A stretch of DNA of 61,947 nt, taken from assembly GCA_902602795.1 (NCBI GenBank), contig CACKSF010000003.1:1-61947 (forward strand), in the 5' to 3' direction. Both the position numbers and the translations under genes were made by a program. Shown here in pieces: positions 18,758-28,893 of this stretch. The notes beneath the pieces are model-generated. The model had not been told where the DNA came from, ran no database searches, and saw only the letters and a program-made list of their open reading frames with translations. The DNA comes from an uncultured Fidelibacterota bacterium. Lineage in GTDB: Bacteria; Fidelibacterota; Marinisomatia; Marinisomatales; UBA1611. Every line of letters begins with the position of its first letter. Position 1 is the first letter of the stretch.

Positions 18758-18851
18758 TTTTATATACCTTTAATCTAATGACGCATATAAATTAAATGAT
18801 TTTTCTACTTAAATATAAGTTTAAATCAATAAAAGATAATTTAAAACACAT

Positions 18852-18896
18852 TTGCTAAATATCATCGTATAGTCTAATTTTCGAATGTACATTCGA
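18852..18896 (+). promoter_or_regulatory. Promoter with perfect 16-bp palindromic operator (probable TetR site)
   Basis: -35 TTGCTA (18852-57), 17 nt, -10 TAATTT (18875-80), then TCGAATGTACATTCGA (18881-18896), 15 nt before the TetR ATG. Confidence 0.8.
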
Positions 18897-18911
18897 TAAA
18901 ATATTTTTAAC

Positions 18912-19511
18912 ATGCCGCAATCACAACGTCAAATAGAAGAAAGACAACTTAGAAAGGAACGTATTTTGTCTGGAGCTCTTCAAGTTTTTAAGAAACATGG
19001 CATTGATGGTGCTACTATGGATGAGATTGCAAATGAATCGGGATTTGGTAAGGCAACTCTTTATTATTATTTTAAATCAAAAGAAGATGTTTTAACTGCA
19101 ATTTTATTAGATGGATGGTTAAAAATTTGGGAATCCTTAGAACCTGTTATAGCACAACAGCATTCGCCAAGAAAAACATTTGTAAATGTTTTGATAAAAA
19201 TTGCTGAAAATGCACAAAAACGGCCAGGATTGTTTGAGTTCTTATTTAATGTTCCTAAGGTAGTCAAAATAGAGAAACAGCCTTGGAAGGAATATCAAGA
19301 TCGTTTGTACAGTGTCATAAAAGGTCTAATTGAGGACGGTGTAAAATCTGGAGAATTTCCTAATATAAATCCAAACCATATGTTTAAGGCTTTGGGAGGA
19401 CTTTTTATGGGGCTTGTCTTTATGGGTGATAGGGAGGAACCTGTAACAGACAAGGATGTTGAAAAACTTTTAAATCAACTTATAACTGACCCTACTCTTC
19501 CAACCAATTAG
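18912..19511 (+). CDS. TetR/AcrR family transcriptional regulator
   Basis: HTH motif GIDGATMDEIANESGFGKATLYYYFKSKE. Confidence 0.95.
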   Translation: MPQSQRQIEERQLRKERILSGALQVFKKHGIDGATMDEIANESGFGKATLYYYFKSKEDVLTAILLDGWLKIWESLEPVIAQQHSPRKTFVNVLIKIAENAQKRPGLFEFLFNVPKVVKIEKQPWKEYQDRLYSVIKGLIEDGVKSGEFPNINPNHMFKALGGLFMGLVFMGDREEPVTDKDVEKLLNQLITDPTLPTN

Positions 19512-19538
19512 TTAAAAATCCTCAATCAAATATTTATT

Positions 19539-21656
19539 ATGTCTGCTAAACGCTACACGTGCATTATCTTAATATTTTTGCCTATGTTTGCTTTTTCGAA
19601 TGATTACAGTATTAGAGGATATATTAAAAATAGACATACTAAGAACCCTATTAAGGATGTCAACGTATATTTAAAAAATTTAAAAAAAGGTACTTTGTCT
19701 GATGAAAATGGATATTTTATTTTGAGATTAGACAATAGGATAGATCAAGTCTATATTGAATTTTCGCACGTAGCTTTTGAAACAATTCGGTGGCACGGAA
19801 ACTCAAGTAGATCTATCCATGTAGAAATGAAAGAGACTTTCCTTAAGCTAGATGAAATTGTCATTACTGGCACGAGAACAGAATCTACTTCTGAGGATAC
19901 TCCAGTTTTTACTGAAGTCATTAATAATTCAGATATCAATTCATCAAACGCATTTACATTAGCAGAACTTATGGAAGAGAGAGCAGGAGTTTGCAAAATG
20001 TACAATTTTGATGGAAGCTTTGATTACAACCTACTAGGATTAGATTCAAAATATATTTTGATATTAAAAGATGGTCAACCGGTTACAGGAAAGTTTAATG
20101 ATAAAATAGATTTAGACCAGCTTGCTTTAGCAAATGTAGAGAAAATTGAGATTTTAAAAGGTGCAGGATCAGCTTTATATGGCACAGAAGCGATGGGAGG
20201 GGTGATCAATATAATTTCAAAAAAGAGAAAATCTGCTTATAATGGAGAACTCAGAATGAAAAATACAAGTTTTGACGGAGTCTCCAAAAATTGGATAGAA
20301 AACCCTAATTCGCAAGATATATCATACAATATTTCATTTCCTATTAAATCTTTTAGATTAGATTTTACCTCTGTCTATCAAATGCTTGGTGAAGGAGAAA
20401 ATTTTACGATTACAGGAAAAGATGAAGCTAGTAAAATAAATCTTGATTTTGGATTATCGTGGTTTTCTCAAAACCAAAAACATTTTGTAGAAGCTGGATA
20501 CAATTATTTCACAAGCGATGACACCTCCAATACTTTTACATCGACTGGATTTTTAGTTAAATCAAATTCTACAGATATTTTTAGAAATGAATTCATGGCA
20601 AAGTATGATTATAACCCTAACCAAAATATGATCATTACTCAAAAATTAAATATTAATAATTACGAAAGGACTTTTAAGCAATCCGGATTAGATGATAGCT
20701 TTTTACGATATGCAAATACAAAAGAAAAATTATCTGACTACGAAATGAACGTAAATTTTAAAATAGGGAAAATGAACACTATTGGGGGTTTTGAGCTATC
20801 TGATCCTTCTTTTAATAACGATAGAGTTAATGGCAGGACTTATAGTAGAAGGACAAGAAGTATCTTTATTCAAAATGATTTTAAGCATTCGGATAATCAT
20901 AAAATAATTACAGGATTTAGATATGATCAATACGGGAGTACTAATGTCTATAGTCCAAGATTTGCTTATTTATTTGAATACTCTGAAAATATGCGGTTTA
21001 GATTTTCAAGTGGAACGGGTTTTCGGATTCCCTCATTTCTTGAATTATATATAGACTTTTACAATGTTGACAACGGGTATATTGTAAAAGGGAATAGATT
21101 TCTTGAACCAGAAAAATCTTTAGGATCTACAGTAAATCTTGAATATTTAAATGAAAAAATTCGAATGAATGTGTTAGCATACGAAAATATATTTCAAAAT
21201 AAAATATTTAGCACATATAAAGATACCAATAGTGCTATAACATTTTATGAATATAAAAATATAGCTAAGGCAAGATTCCAGGGACTGGAACTATTTTTAG
21301 ATTATTTAGTTAACAGATCTTCGACCTTTAAGCTAAATGTAAACTTAAGAAGTGCAATTGATGGCGAAGGGGATCCTATCGAAAATGTAATACCCTATTC
21401 TGCTGGCACCCGTTTTTCGCGAAATTTTCCAATGTATTCTTTAAAAATTTATTTTCAATCAACATTCAATTATTCTAACCACAACGAAAATAAATTTAGT
21501 ATTTATAACTTTCAAATAAGAAAAAACTTTCTAGAAAGTTTAAGTATTTCAACTGGTGTAGAAAATATTGGCAATTATACAAACATTCGAAATGGTCCGT
21601 TTATTGGCCGTTCGTTTTATCTTGAATTCATCAAAAAAATAGGAGCCTTACAATGA
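19539..21656 (+). CDS. TonB-dependent receptor (HmuR-like by context) with N-terminal CarboxypepD-reg-like domain
   Basis: GTLSDENGYF, EIVITGTRT TonB box, IEILKGAGSALYGTEAMGGVINIISK plug, GFRIPSFLELY, GNRFLEPEKS. Confidence 0.92.
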   Translation: MSAKRYTCIILIFLPMFAFSNDYSIRGYIKNRHTKNPIKDVNVYLKNLKKGTLSDENGYFILRLDNRIDQVYIEFSHVAFETIRWHGNSSRSIHVEMKETFLKLDEIVITGTRTESTSEDTPVFTEVINNSDINSSNAFTLAELMEERAGVCKMYNFDGSFDYNLLGLDSKYILILKDGQPVTGKFNDKIDLDQLALANVEKIEILKGAGSALYGTEAMGGVINIISKKRKSAYNGELRMKNTSFDGVSKNWIENPNSQDISYNISFPIKSFRLDFTSVYQMLGEGENFTITGKDEASKINLDFGLSWFSQNQKHFVEAGYNYFTSDDTSNTFTSTGFLVKSNSTDIFRNEFMAKYDYNPNQNMIITQKLNINNYERTFKQSGLDDSFLRYANTKEKLSDYEMNVNFKIGKMNTIGGFELSDPSFNNDRVNGRTYSRRTRSIFIQNDFKHSDNHKIITGFRYDQYGSTNVYSPRFAYLFEYSENMRFRFSSGTGFRIPSFLELYIDFYNVDNGYIVKGNRFLEPEKSLGSTVNLEYLNEKIRMNVLAYENIFQNKIFSTYKDTNSAITFYEYKNIAKARFQGLELFLDYLVNRSSTFKLNVNLRSAIDGEGDPIENVIPYSAGTRFSRNFPMYSLKIYFQSTFNYSNHNENKFSIYNFQIRKNFLESLSISTGVENIGNYTNIRNGPFIGRSFYLEFIKKIGALQ

Positions 21657-22177
21657 AATATATTTATTTTAAACAACTAAGCATATTTATCATTCTTCTG
21701 TTTATATTAGCATGTGGAGATGATAATGATACCTTAAGCTCAGCTGAAGAAAATCAGGTTCTTAGTGTTACGACAACTAATGTCAATGTTTCTGATATTT
21801 TCTATAATTTCAGTTCTCAGTCACAAGTCAATATGGAGGATGCTTGGGATATCGGGATTGTTAGAGATACTGTAAATTATAATATGCCTTCTTTTGTCCC
21901 AGGAGATGTTCAGGTAGCAGTTTATGAAAATGAAGACTTTAATACCCTTACTACAATGCCTGCATCATACTTAAATGACGTTCAGGAGGATCATAGTGTT
22001 TTTGGCTACGGAGGATCCTATGAAGTCCTGAGTTATGATATCACCGTTCACAAAGTTAGTGTGATAAATCCGAATTATATTTATTTGATAAAATCAGACA
22101 ACGATGTTTTTAAATTGCAATTTGTTGAGTATCTAAGCGGTATAACTGTGTTTCAGTTTGCGGAAATAAACTTATAA
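21653..22177 (+). CDS. HmuY-like lipoprotein
   Basis: Lipobox ILAC; FYNFS...WDIGI and YLIKS...FKLQFVEY motifs typical of the HmuY family; overlaps the receptor stop. Confidence 0.7.
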   Translation: MKYIYFKQLSIFIILLFILACGDDNDTLSSAEENQVLSVTTTNVNVSDIFYNFSSQSQVNMEDAWDIGIVRDTVNYNMPSFVPGDVQVAVYENEDFNTLTTMPASYLNDVQEDHSVFGYGGSYEVLSYDITVHKVSVINPNYIYLIKSDNDVFKLQFVEYLSGITVFQFAEINL

Positions 22178-22179
22178 AA

Positions 22180-23499
22180 CTATTCCGATAATTTTCCTAG
22201 TCGTCTATATTTTTCTTTGTATTTCTCCCAGAGATCTTTTTGACGATCAGACAAATCGATTTCTTTTCCTTGGATAAATGCTTTAGTTGGATGGTTAGAT
22301 TGGGTTAAGGGCTCGTTGTCGGAAATAAAAAAAGTAGCATCTTTACCAAGATCTAAAGATCCAATCCGTTCATCAACACCAAGTATTTCAGCAGCAGATA
22401 GAGTAATAGCTCTAAGTGCTTGATCTTTTGTCAAACCCCAGGAAGCTGCCCTCATTGCCTCATCGGGTAATGTTCTTACATGCCCATCCATTGGGTAGCC
22501 AGGATCTAAAGATATACAAAAATGCACTCCTGACTTTTGTAGAATTGCAGGAACTTTATATGGGGTATGAATTGGCTCAAATCTACGTCTTGGTGTATTT
22601 TGTACGCCTAAAAGGATAACCGGAATATTTTTCTCTACAAGAATTTCAGGTATTCTCCATGCGTCTCCTCCACCGACGATTACAATATTAAGATCATGTT
22701 TTGTAGACCATTTTACAGCAGCCTCAATTTGTCTAACATTATTTGCTTTAATATGGATAGGTTCTTTGAAAACTATAAATGGAATCATGGATTCTAGTCT
22801 TAGATCAGATTTTTGCTTGTGTTCTGCTTTTCTTTCCTTGGCATTTTTTCGGTGGTGGTATGCTCGAACATCCCTTACTAAAAATTCCATCTCTCTAATT
22901 GCTTTATTGTATCCTTCTCTTTGTTCCTTTTCTTTTTTCTTTGCATCTTTTCTAAAGTCAAATCGCATAGAAGGCCAATTTAAATTTAAAGCACTAGGAT
23001 GTTTAAGCGTTGCATCTTCCCATGTCCATCCGTCCATATACATCACCGAGGATTGACCAGCGACTCTTCCTGAAGTAGGTGCTGAATTGACAGTTAATAC
23101 TCCATTGGATCTTGTAACTGGTATTAAGTCCGAATCTGGGTTATATGCTACATTTGCCCTTACATTTGGATTGATTTCGCCTATTTCGGAGTGGTCATTT
23201 GTTTGTTTTACCGCTGAAATTTCTGTGAGCCCAATTCTTGTATAACCGGCAATAAAACCAGGGATTACATGTTTCCCATAAATATCAAGCACATCTGTTT
23301 CTGGTGAAGGCTGAATCTGTTCGTCTATTGTTATGATTTTACCTTCAGCAAAGAGTAAGTCATGCTCTTCAAGAACATCTCCAGTCACAGTATGGAGCGT
23401 TCCTCCTCTAAGTAATATTGGCCTTTTTTGTTCTGTTCCTGGGATTTGATTGTTCCCAAACATTATTGAAAAAATTAGAGCTACAATTAGTTTTTTCAT
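22180..23499 (-). CDS. Exported amidohydrolase-fold protein, probably non-catalytic
   Basis: GKHVIPGFI...IGL, AITLSAAEILG, IGSLDLGKDA; HxH is replaced by YTR. Confidence 0.85.
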   Translation of the reverse strand: MKKLIVALIFSIMFGNNQIPGTEQKRPILLRGGTLHTVTGDVLEEHDLLFAEGKIITIDEQIQPSPETDVLDIYGKHVIPGFIAGYTRIGLTEISAVKQTNDHSEIGEINPNVRANVAYNPDSDLIPVTRSNGVLTVNSAPTSGRVAGQSSVMYMDGWTWEDATLKHPSALNLNWPSMRFDFRKDAKKKEKEQREGYNKAIREMEFLVRDVRAYHHRKNAKERKAEHKQKSDLRLESMIPFIVFKEPIHIKANNVRQIEAAVKWSTKHDLNIVIVGGGDAWRIPEILVEKNIPVILLGVQNTPRRRFEPIHTPYKVPAILQKSGVHFCISLDPGYPMDGHVRTLPDEAMRAASWGLTKDQALRAITLSAAEILGVDERIGSLDLGKDATFFISDNEPLTQSNHPTKAFIQGKEIDLSDRQKDLWEKYKEKYRRLGKLSE

Positions 23500-26400
23500 T
23501 GTACAAACTCCGCACCAAAGAGATCACTATCAATTATATCACAATTGTGCCCATGGTTCGGAGTCTCACTATTTGGTTTTATATCTTTTCCAGTATTAGG
23601 TGTCGTTGAATTCAATATTTTTTTAATTAAACTTTCACGAAGACCTTTGTCTCGATCTTCCATTTGGGCATTTTCATCTACTGACCAGTATCTTGTTCCA
23701 TCTATCCATGTTTCTTGGACCTTTGAGTAAATGGATAAAGGAGGGCCATCCCAGATAACAAAATCAGCATCCTTTTCTTCTTCTAAAGACCCTACCCATT
23801 TGTCGATTTTTAATTGCTTTGCAGGATTGATAGTTACAAAATGGAGAGCCTCTATTTCATCGAGCCCACCATATTTTATTGCTTTTGCGGCTTCCGTATT
23901 CATCCTGCGTGCTAACTCAGCATCGTCGCTATTGAAAGATACTAAAACGTTATTCTTTGCCATCATGGTTCCATTGTATGGTATAGCATCAATTACTTCA
24001 TACTTATATTGCCACCAGTCTGAAAAAGTAGAAGCGCCAGCACCATGTTCTGCCAGTCTCTCTGCTACTTTATAACCCTCTAAAACATGTTGGAAGGTTG
24101 CTATTGTAAATCCAAAATCTTCAGCAATTCGAGTAAGCATCCAAATTTCATCTTGTCGATAGGAGTGACAGTGTAGAAGCCTTTTCCCTTCTAAAATTTC
24201 GGCTAAAGCTTCTAACTCAAGATCAATTCTAGGTGGTATATTTTTCTTTTTTGCTTTTGAATTTCTTTCATACGTTTTTTGAACGTGACGATAGTCTTGT
24301 GCTGCACGGAATGCATCCCTAATTACTTGCTCCACTCCCATTCTAGTTTGAGGATACCTTCCTGTGCCTTGCCAGTTAGCCTGCTTTACGTTTTCGCCAA
24401 GGGCAAACTTGATACCTTGAGGAGCATTCTTAAATAGAAGTTCATCAGGAGCAGATCCCCAACGAAGCTTAATGACTGCATTTTGACCGCCAATAGGATT
24501 TGCTGAACCATGCAGAATATTTGCGGTGGTCAATCCTCCCCCTAATTGCCTATAAATATTGATATCATCGGAGTAAAGGACATCTTGAATTCTTACTTCC
24601 GCTGTTACGGACTGTGCTCCTTCATTTATGGATGATGCAGCAGAATGGCTATGACAATCAATTAGACCAGGAGTTACGTGTTTACCCATTCCATCAATAG
24701 TAAGAGCACTTCCAAGCGGAACACTAATGTCAGGTGCGATCTTGTCAATTTTACCATTTACAAATAGTATATCCCAGTCCTGTAGAATTCCTTTTGGGCC
24801 ACAAGTCCATATAGTAGCATTGTCAATTAAAATAGCGTTTGGAGTCAGTAAATCTTTACCTATACCATAAGATCCTTCTGGATAAAAAAGCTTTGTATTA
24901 CTCTTCAATTCTTTTGTTCTTTTTTTATCTTTACCTTTTGTTTCCCGTTTTGCTTTAAATGATTGTTGGGCACTTCCATCGAAAAATTTCCCTATTATTT
25001 TATCTTTGCTAATCTGTCCTTTGAATGCAAGCATCCCTTCTAGACTCAAAAAGGATCCATCAGCCTTGAATTCAATAGTGCTATCGTAGATCTCTATTTC
25101 ACTTACACTAGCATTTAAATCTTTACCTTGAATTACTCCTATTAACTTTTGTTTTTTATGAGTTGAAATGTTCCCCTTTTTACTTTCTTTTTTATTATCT
25201 GAAGTTTTAAATGATAATTCATATGATTTTCCAGATATCTCCAGTTTCCAATTACCCTTGAGTACGGTTTTATATCTATTGGCGACATAATATTCTTTTC
25301 CATTCATCCAAAGAGATGTTACCCTACTTTTGTTATCAAAGTAGTCACCATCTGTAACTACTAAATTGGCAAGGTATCCAGGCTGAATCTTGCCCATTAT
25401 TTTTTCGATTCCCATTGCCTCTGCAGGATAGGTTGTAAGTGCAGATAGAGCTACACTTTTAGGCAAACCTCGATCAATAATTTTCTGAAGATTTTTCCGA
25501 AATTCTTTTTTGTTTTTTAAAGTTGCAGAAGTGAAACTAAATCGAATGCCTTTTTCGAAAACTTTGTTGATATTATCAGGAGCCATATCCCAATGTTTTA
25601 ATTGTTCGGTAGAGTACTGCAGAGCTATGTGGGGATCTTTAACTTTTGGTTTAGAGGGAAATTCTAAGGGGAATATGATAAAAGGATTTAGCTCCACGAT
25701 TTCATTAAGTCTTCTATACTCATATCCGCTTCCTAAAAGCCACGGAGCAAGATTGAATTCATCTATAATCCTTAAAGCGCGAAGCGCTCCATGTTCTTCC
25801 TTTGTCATAAAAAGCATGGGTTTTCTATTTAATTGAAAATCTGCTAATTGACTTAGGCTAGGATGGAAAGGAATAAGCTTATTTTGTTCTGGATATTTTT
25901 CAATAATTTGGGTGGATTTTTGATACCAATTTGCATCAAGTAGAGTTTGTCGAATTACCGCAATAACTCCCAGAAGAGAATTAGGATAACTTCTGTCAGA
26001 CCACCCTGTTGTTTTGAATTCTATAATTTGAGCGACATCTTTTTTATATGATGTAAAATCATCGTCTAGAATAACCAGATCTGATTTACCTTTGAAAATG
26101 CCTTCTTCAGGAACAATGTGCACAGCTGTCAATCCCAATGCTCTGAGAGCTTTTAGTTCCTTTTCTTTTATTTTAAGATCATCTTTGGCGCGATAGTCTG
26201 CCTTTATTTTTTTGTTCCAATGTTCATCTGGGCTTATTGTTTTTTCATCTTTTTTAACCTCAAACCATCCGTCTATAAACCCGGGATATATATGAGCACC
26301 TTCAAGGTCAATTTCATATGCATCAAGAGGAATTTTTATATATCTACCAACTTTATCAATTCGACCATCTCGAATTACAACCGTAGCATCTTTAAGTGAA

Positions 26401-26531
26401 TCACCAGGCTCAGTGTGAATCATGGCATTGGTAAGTGCCCACACCCGCGGAGGGTTAACATGGATATCTTTCACTGGCTCGGTCTGCGCAAGTAAAAGAG
26501 AAAAGACTACTAAGTAAGGTTTTCTTATCAA
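23496..26531 (-). CDS. Exported two-domain amidohydrolase
   Basis: Two amidohydrolase repeats; the C-terminal one has DCHSH, HCHSYR, FQHVLE and NSDD. Confidence 0.9.
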   Translation of the reverse strand: MIRKPYLVVFSLLLAQTEPVKDIHVNPPRVWALTNAMIHTEPGDSLKDATVVIRDGRIDKVGRYIKIPLDAYEIDLEGAHIYPGFIDGWFEVKKDEKTISPDEHWNKKIKADYRAKDDLKIKEKELKALRALGLTAVHIVPEEGIFKGKSDLVILDDDFTSYKKDVAQIIEFKTTGWSDRSYPNSLLGVIAVIRQTLLDANWYQKSTQIIEKYPEQNKLIPFHPSLSQLADFQLNRKPMLFMTKEEHGALRALRIIDEFNLAPWLLGSGYEYRRLNEIVELNPFIIFPLEFPSKPKVKDPHIALQYSTEQLKHWDMAPDNINKVFEKGIRFSFTSATLKNKKEFRKNLQKIIDRGLPKSVALSALTTYPAEAMGIEKIMGKIQPGYLANLVVTDGDYFDNKSRVTSLWMNGKEYYVANRYKTVLKGNWKLEISGKSYELSFKTSDNKKESKKGNISTHKKQKLIGVIQGKDLNASVSEIEIYDSTIEFKADGSFLSLEGMLAFKGQISKDKIIGKFFDGSAQQSFKAKRETKGKDKKRTKELKSNTKLFYPEGSYGIGKDLLTPNAILIDNATIWTCGPKGILQDWDILFVNGKIDKIAPDISVPLGSALTIDGMGKHVTPGLIDCHSHSAASSINEGAQSVTAEVRIQDVLYSDDINIYRQLGGGLTTANILHGSANPIGGQNAVIKLRWGSAPDELLFKNAPQGIKFALGENVKQANWQGTGRYPQTRMGVEQVIRDAFRAAQDYRHVQKTYERNSKAKKKNIPPRIDLELEALAEILEGKRLLHCHSYRQDEIWMLTRIAEDFGFTIATFQHVLEGYKVAERLAEHGAGASTFSDWWQYKYEVIDAIPYNGTMMAKNNVLVSFNSDDAELARRMNTEAAKAIKYGGLDEIEALHFVTINPAKQLKIDKWVGSLEEEKDADFVIWDGPPLSIYSKVQETWIDGTRYWSVDENAQMEDRDKGLRESLIKKILNSTTPNTGKDIKPNSETPNHGHNCDIIDSDLFGAEFVQ

Positions 26532-27370
26532 AAATTTGGTCCTTTTAATTGGTTGGATTCTATAAAATTAGTGACATAATCGAAAGTATCATTTACGTCA
26601 TCAGAAATATGGAATAAGTCTAAATCTTCTTGAGATATAGTCCCAACTTCAACAAGGTAGTCCCAATTAACTACATTCTCCCAGAATTCCTTTCCATACA
26701 AAACAATGGGCAAAGGTTTTTTAATTTTTTGAGTTTGAATTAAAGTTAATAATTCCATTAGTTCATCTAAAGTTCCAAAACCTCCTGGCCATACAATTAA
26801 TCCTTTTGCTAGGTATAAGAACCAAAATTTACGCATAAAAAAGTAATGAAATTTTAAATTCAGATCATCTGATATCCATTCATTTTCTGATGACTCAAAA
26901 GGCAATGAAATGGTAAGGCCAACATTAATTCCATTTGCCTCTGAAGCTCCACGATTGGCAGCTTCCATAATGCCTGGACCTCCTCCAGAGCAAACAATGT
27001 ATCGATGTTTGCTATCTTTGAGGTCTTTACTCCAGGAGGTGAATTTGTTTGCCAAAGATCTTGCCTCCTCGTAGTAACGACTCATTTTAAGATCCATTTT
27101 TAGTTTTGAAATTATTCGATTATCTGATCCATCTGAATGGTTTTCAAGAGCTTTTTTTGCTTCTTCTTTAGATGGGATTCTAGCAGAGCCAAAGAAGACA
27201 ATGGTCTCGGATACATTATTTCTTTCCAACTTCTGTAAAGGGCCATAATATTCAGATAAGATTCTTAATGATCTTCCTTGAGAACTTCCAAGAAAATTGA
27301 AGTCATAGTAAAATCTATTTTTTTTATCGATTTTAGACATATTGTTTATTCCTTTTAAAGGTGATAACAA
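26528..27370 (-). CDS. LOG family protein (nucleotide monophosphate phosphoribohydrolase-like)
   Basis: VFFGSAR, GGGPGIMEAANRGA, YFFMRKFWF, PGGFGTLDE; likely start at 27340. Confidence 0.9.
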   Translation of the reverse strand: MLSPLKGINNMSKIDKKNRFYYDFNFLGSSQGRSLRILSEYYGPLQKLERNNVSETIVFFGSARIPSKEEAKKALENHSDGSDNRIISKLKMDLKMSRYYEEARSLANKFTSWSKDLKDSKHRYIVCSGGGPGIMEAANRGASEANGINVGLTISLPFESSENEWISDDLNLKFHYFFMRKFWFLYLAKGLIVWPGGFGTLDELMELLTLIQTQKIKKPLPIVLYGKEFWENVVNWDYLVEVGTISQEDLDLFHISDDVNDTFDYVTNFIESNQLKGPNF

Positions 27371-27459
27371 AATATAACTTTTGATGGTTCTAGGAAAGAT
27401 ATCTTTCTTTAGAAACTAATATATTGATTGAACAAATTCATTCTGGGTATCTTACACCA

Positions 27460-27801
27460 ATGCTTTTACGTCTATTTCTATTCGTTATTGTTTGTTCTTG
27501 TGTTTTTACACCTACTCCAAATCCAATATTAATACCTCCATTAAAAAAATCTTTAGGCGGGAAAAAGCAAAAAACAGTCTATACTTTAGGCTATATGTCA
27601 GAGTATGATATATGGGAGTTTTTAAAAGAAAACCCATCAGAGAAAGAGGTTCTAGATACTTTTGGCTTCCCTGATTCTATTTGGGTAGATGATTTAGAGA
27701 CTACAAAATTTTTGTATTATTTTATATCTGATATGCAAGACTTTAATACAATTGAAATAAGCGCAAAAACAGACAGTGTGTCTGGATTTGAATGGGACTA
27801 A
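27460..27801 (+). CDS. Hypothetical exported/lipoprotein
   Basis: Signal peptide (IVCSC); EVLDTFGFPD resembles SmpA/OmlA-like domains. ATG 27460 preferred over the ORF-track start at 27424. Confidence 0.6.
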   Translation: MLLRLFLFVIVCSCVFTPTPNPILIPPLKKSLGGKKQKTVYTLGYMSEYDIWEFLKENPSEKEVLDTFGFPDSIWVDDLETTKFLYYFISDMQDFNTIEISAKTDSVSGFEWD

Positions 27802-27804
27802 AAT

Positions 27805-28893
27805 ATGAAAAATAAAAAATTGTTGAATTATTCTGACTACCTACAGCTTGAAAAGATTTTATCAGGTCAGGAGCTAATGAGTGCTAAACGTGGTACTCCT
27901 GCTCATGATGAGATGCTATTTATTATTGTCCATCAAGTATATGAGCTTTGGTTTAAACAAATTTTACATGAGCTTGATTCAGTGATGTCTATCTTTAAAC
28001 AAGAATCTATTATTGAATCAGATATTAGTTTTGTAGTTTTGCGCTTACAGAGGATAATTGAAATACAGAAAATTCTTATTGATCAAATTAGAGTTTTAGA
28101 AACCATGACTGCGATGGATTTTCTAGAATTTAGAGATGATCTTTTTCCTGCTTCAGGTTTTCAGAGTGCACAGTTTAGGCTTATGGAAAACAAGCTAGGG
28201 CTTTTAAATGATCACAGAATTATGTACGGCGGAAAAAATTATACTTCTGTACTTAAAGAGCAAGAAAAATCAACTGTACAAAGTTCAGAAGAAGAAAAAT
28301 CACTTTTTGAATTACTTGAGTCTTGGTTGGAACGCACACCATTTTTATCCTTTAAGGGTTTTGATTTTTGGAAACAATATAGTAAAGCTGTTCGTTCCAT
28401 GTTAGAACAAGAAAAGCTTATAATACTAGATAATCCAAACTATTCGCAAGAAGAGGTTGAATACCATTTAAATGAGCATGAAAATGCTGTTCTGTCTTTT
28501 GAGGCCATGATTAATGAAGAAAGACATAATAAATTAATCGTAGATAGAAAAAAGAGATTATCTCATAAAGCTACACAAGCTTCTTTATTAATATTACTGT
28601 ACCGAGATGAGCCTATTCTCCATTCTCCATTCAATCTAATATCCCGACTAATTGATATGGATGAATTATTTACCTCGTGGCGACAGAGACATGCTTTGAT
28701 GGTTAGAAGGATGATCGGTGCTAAAATTGGTACAGGAGGTTCTTCAGGGCATAAATATTTACGAGAGGCAGCAGATAAGCATAAAATTTTTTCGGATTTG
28801 GCAGATCTTTCCACATTTTTTATTCCTAGGTCTGCTTTACCTGAGTTACCAACAGATATTAAACAAAATCTAGGATATCAATTTAAGCAATGA
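27805..28893 (+). CDS. kynA: Tryptophan 2,3-dioxygenase (long, eukaryote-like form)
   Basis: YSDYLQL, HDEMLFIIVHQVYELWFKQ, PASGFQSAQFR, WLERTP, RMIGAKIGTGGSSG. Confidence 0.97.
   Translation: MKNKKLLNYSDYLQLEKILSGQELMSAKRGTPAHDEMLFIIVHQVYELWFKQILHELDSVMSIFKQESIIESDISFVVLRLQRIIEIQKILIDQIRVLETMTAMDFLEFRDDLFPASGFQSAQFRLMENKLGLLNDHRIMYGGKNYTSVLKEQEKSTVQSSEEEKSLFELLESWLERTPFLSFKGFDFWKQYSKAVRSMLEQEKLIILDNPNYSQEEVEYHLNEHENAVLSFEAMINEERHNKLIVDRKKRLSHKATQASLLILLYRDEPILHSPFNLISRLIDMDELFTSWRQRHALMVRRMIGAKIGTGGSSGHKYLREAADKHKIFSDLADLSTFFIPRSALPELPTDIKQNLGYQFKQ

Noticed and set aside
19539-21656. BtuB with a cobalamin riboswitch
   Set aside because: Only 27 nt separate it from tetR, no B12-element is visible, and the partner is HmuY-like.
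22180-26531. Amidohydrolases as the missing kynurenine formamidase
   Set aside because: They appear exported and lie in a separate, divergent unit; there is no positive evidence.
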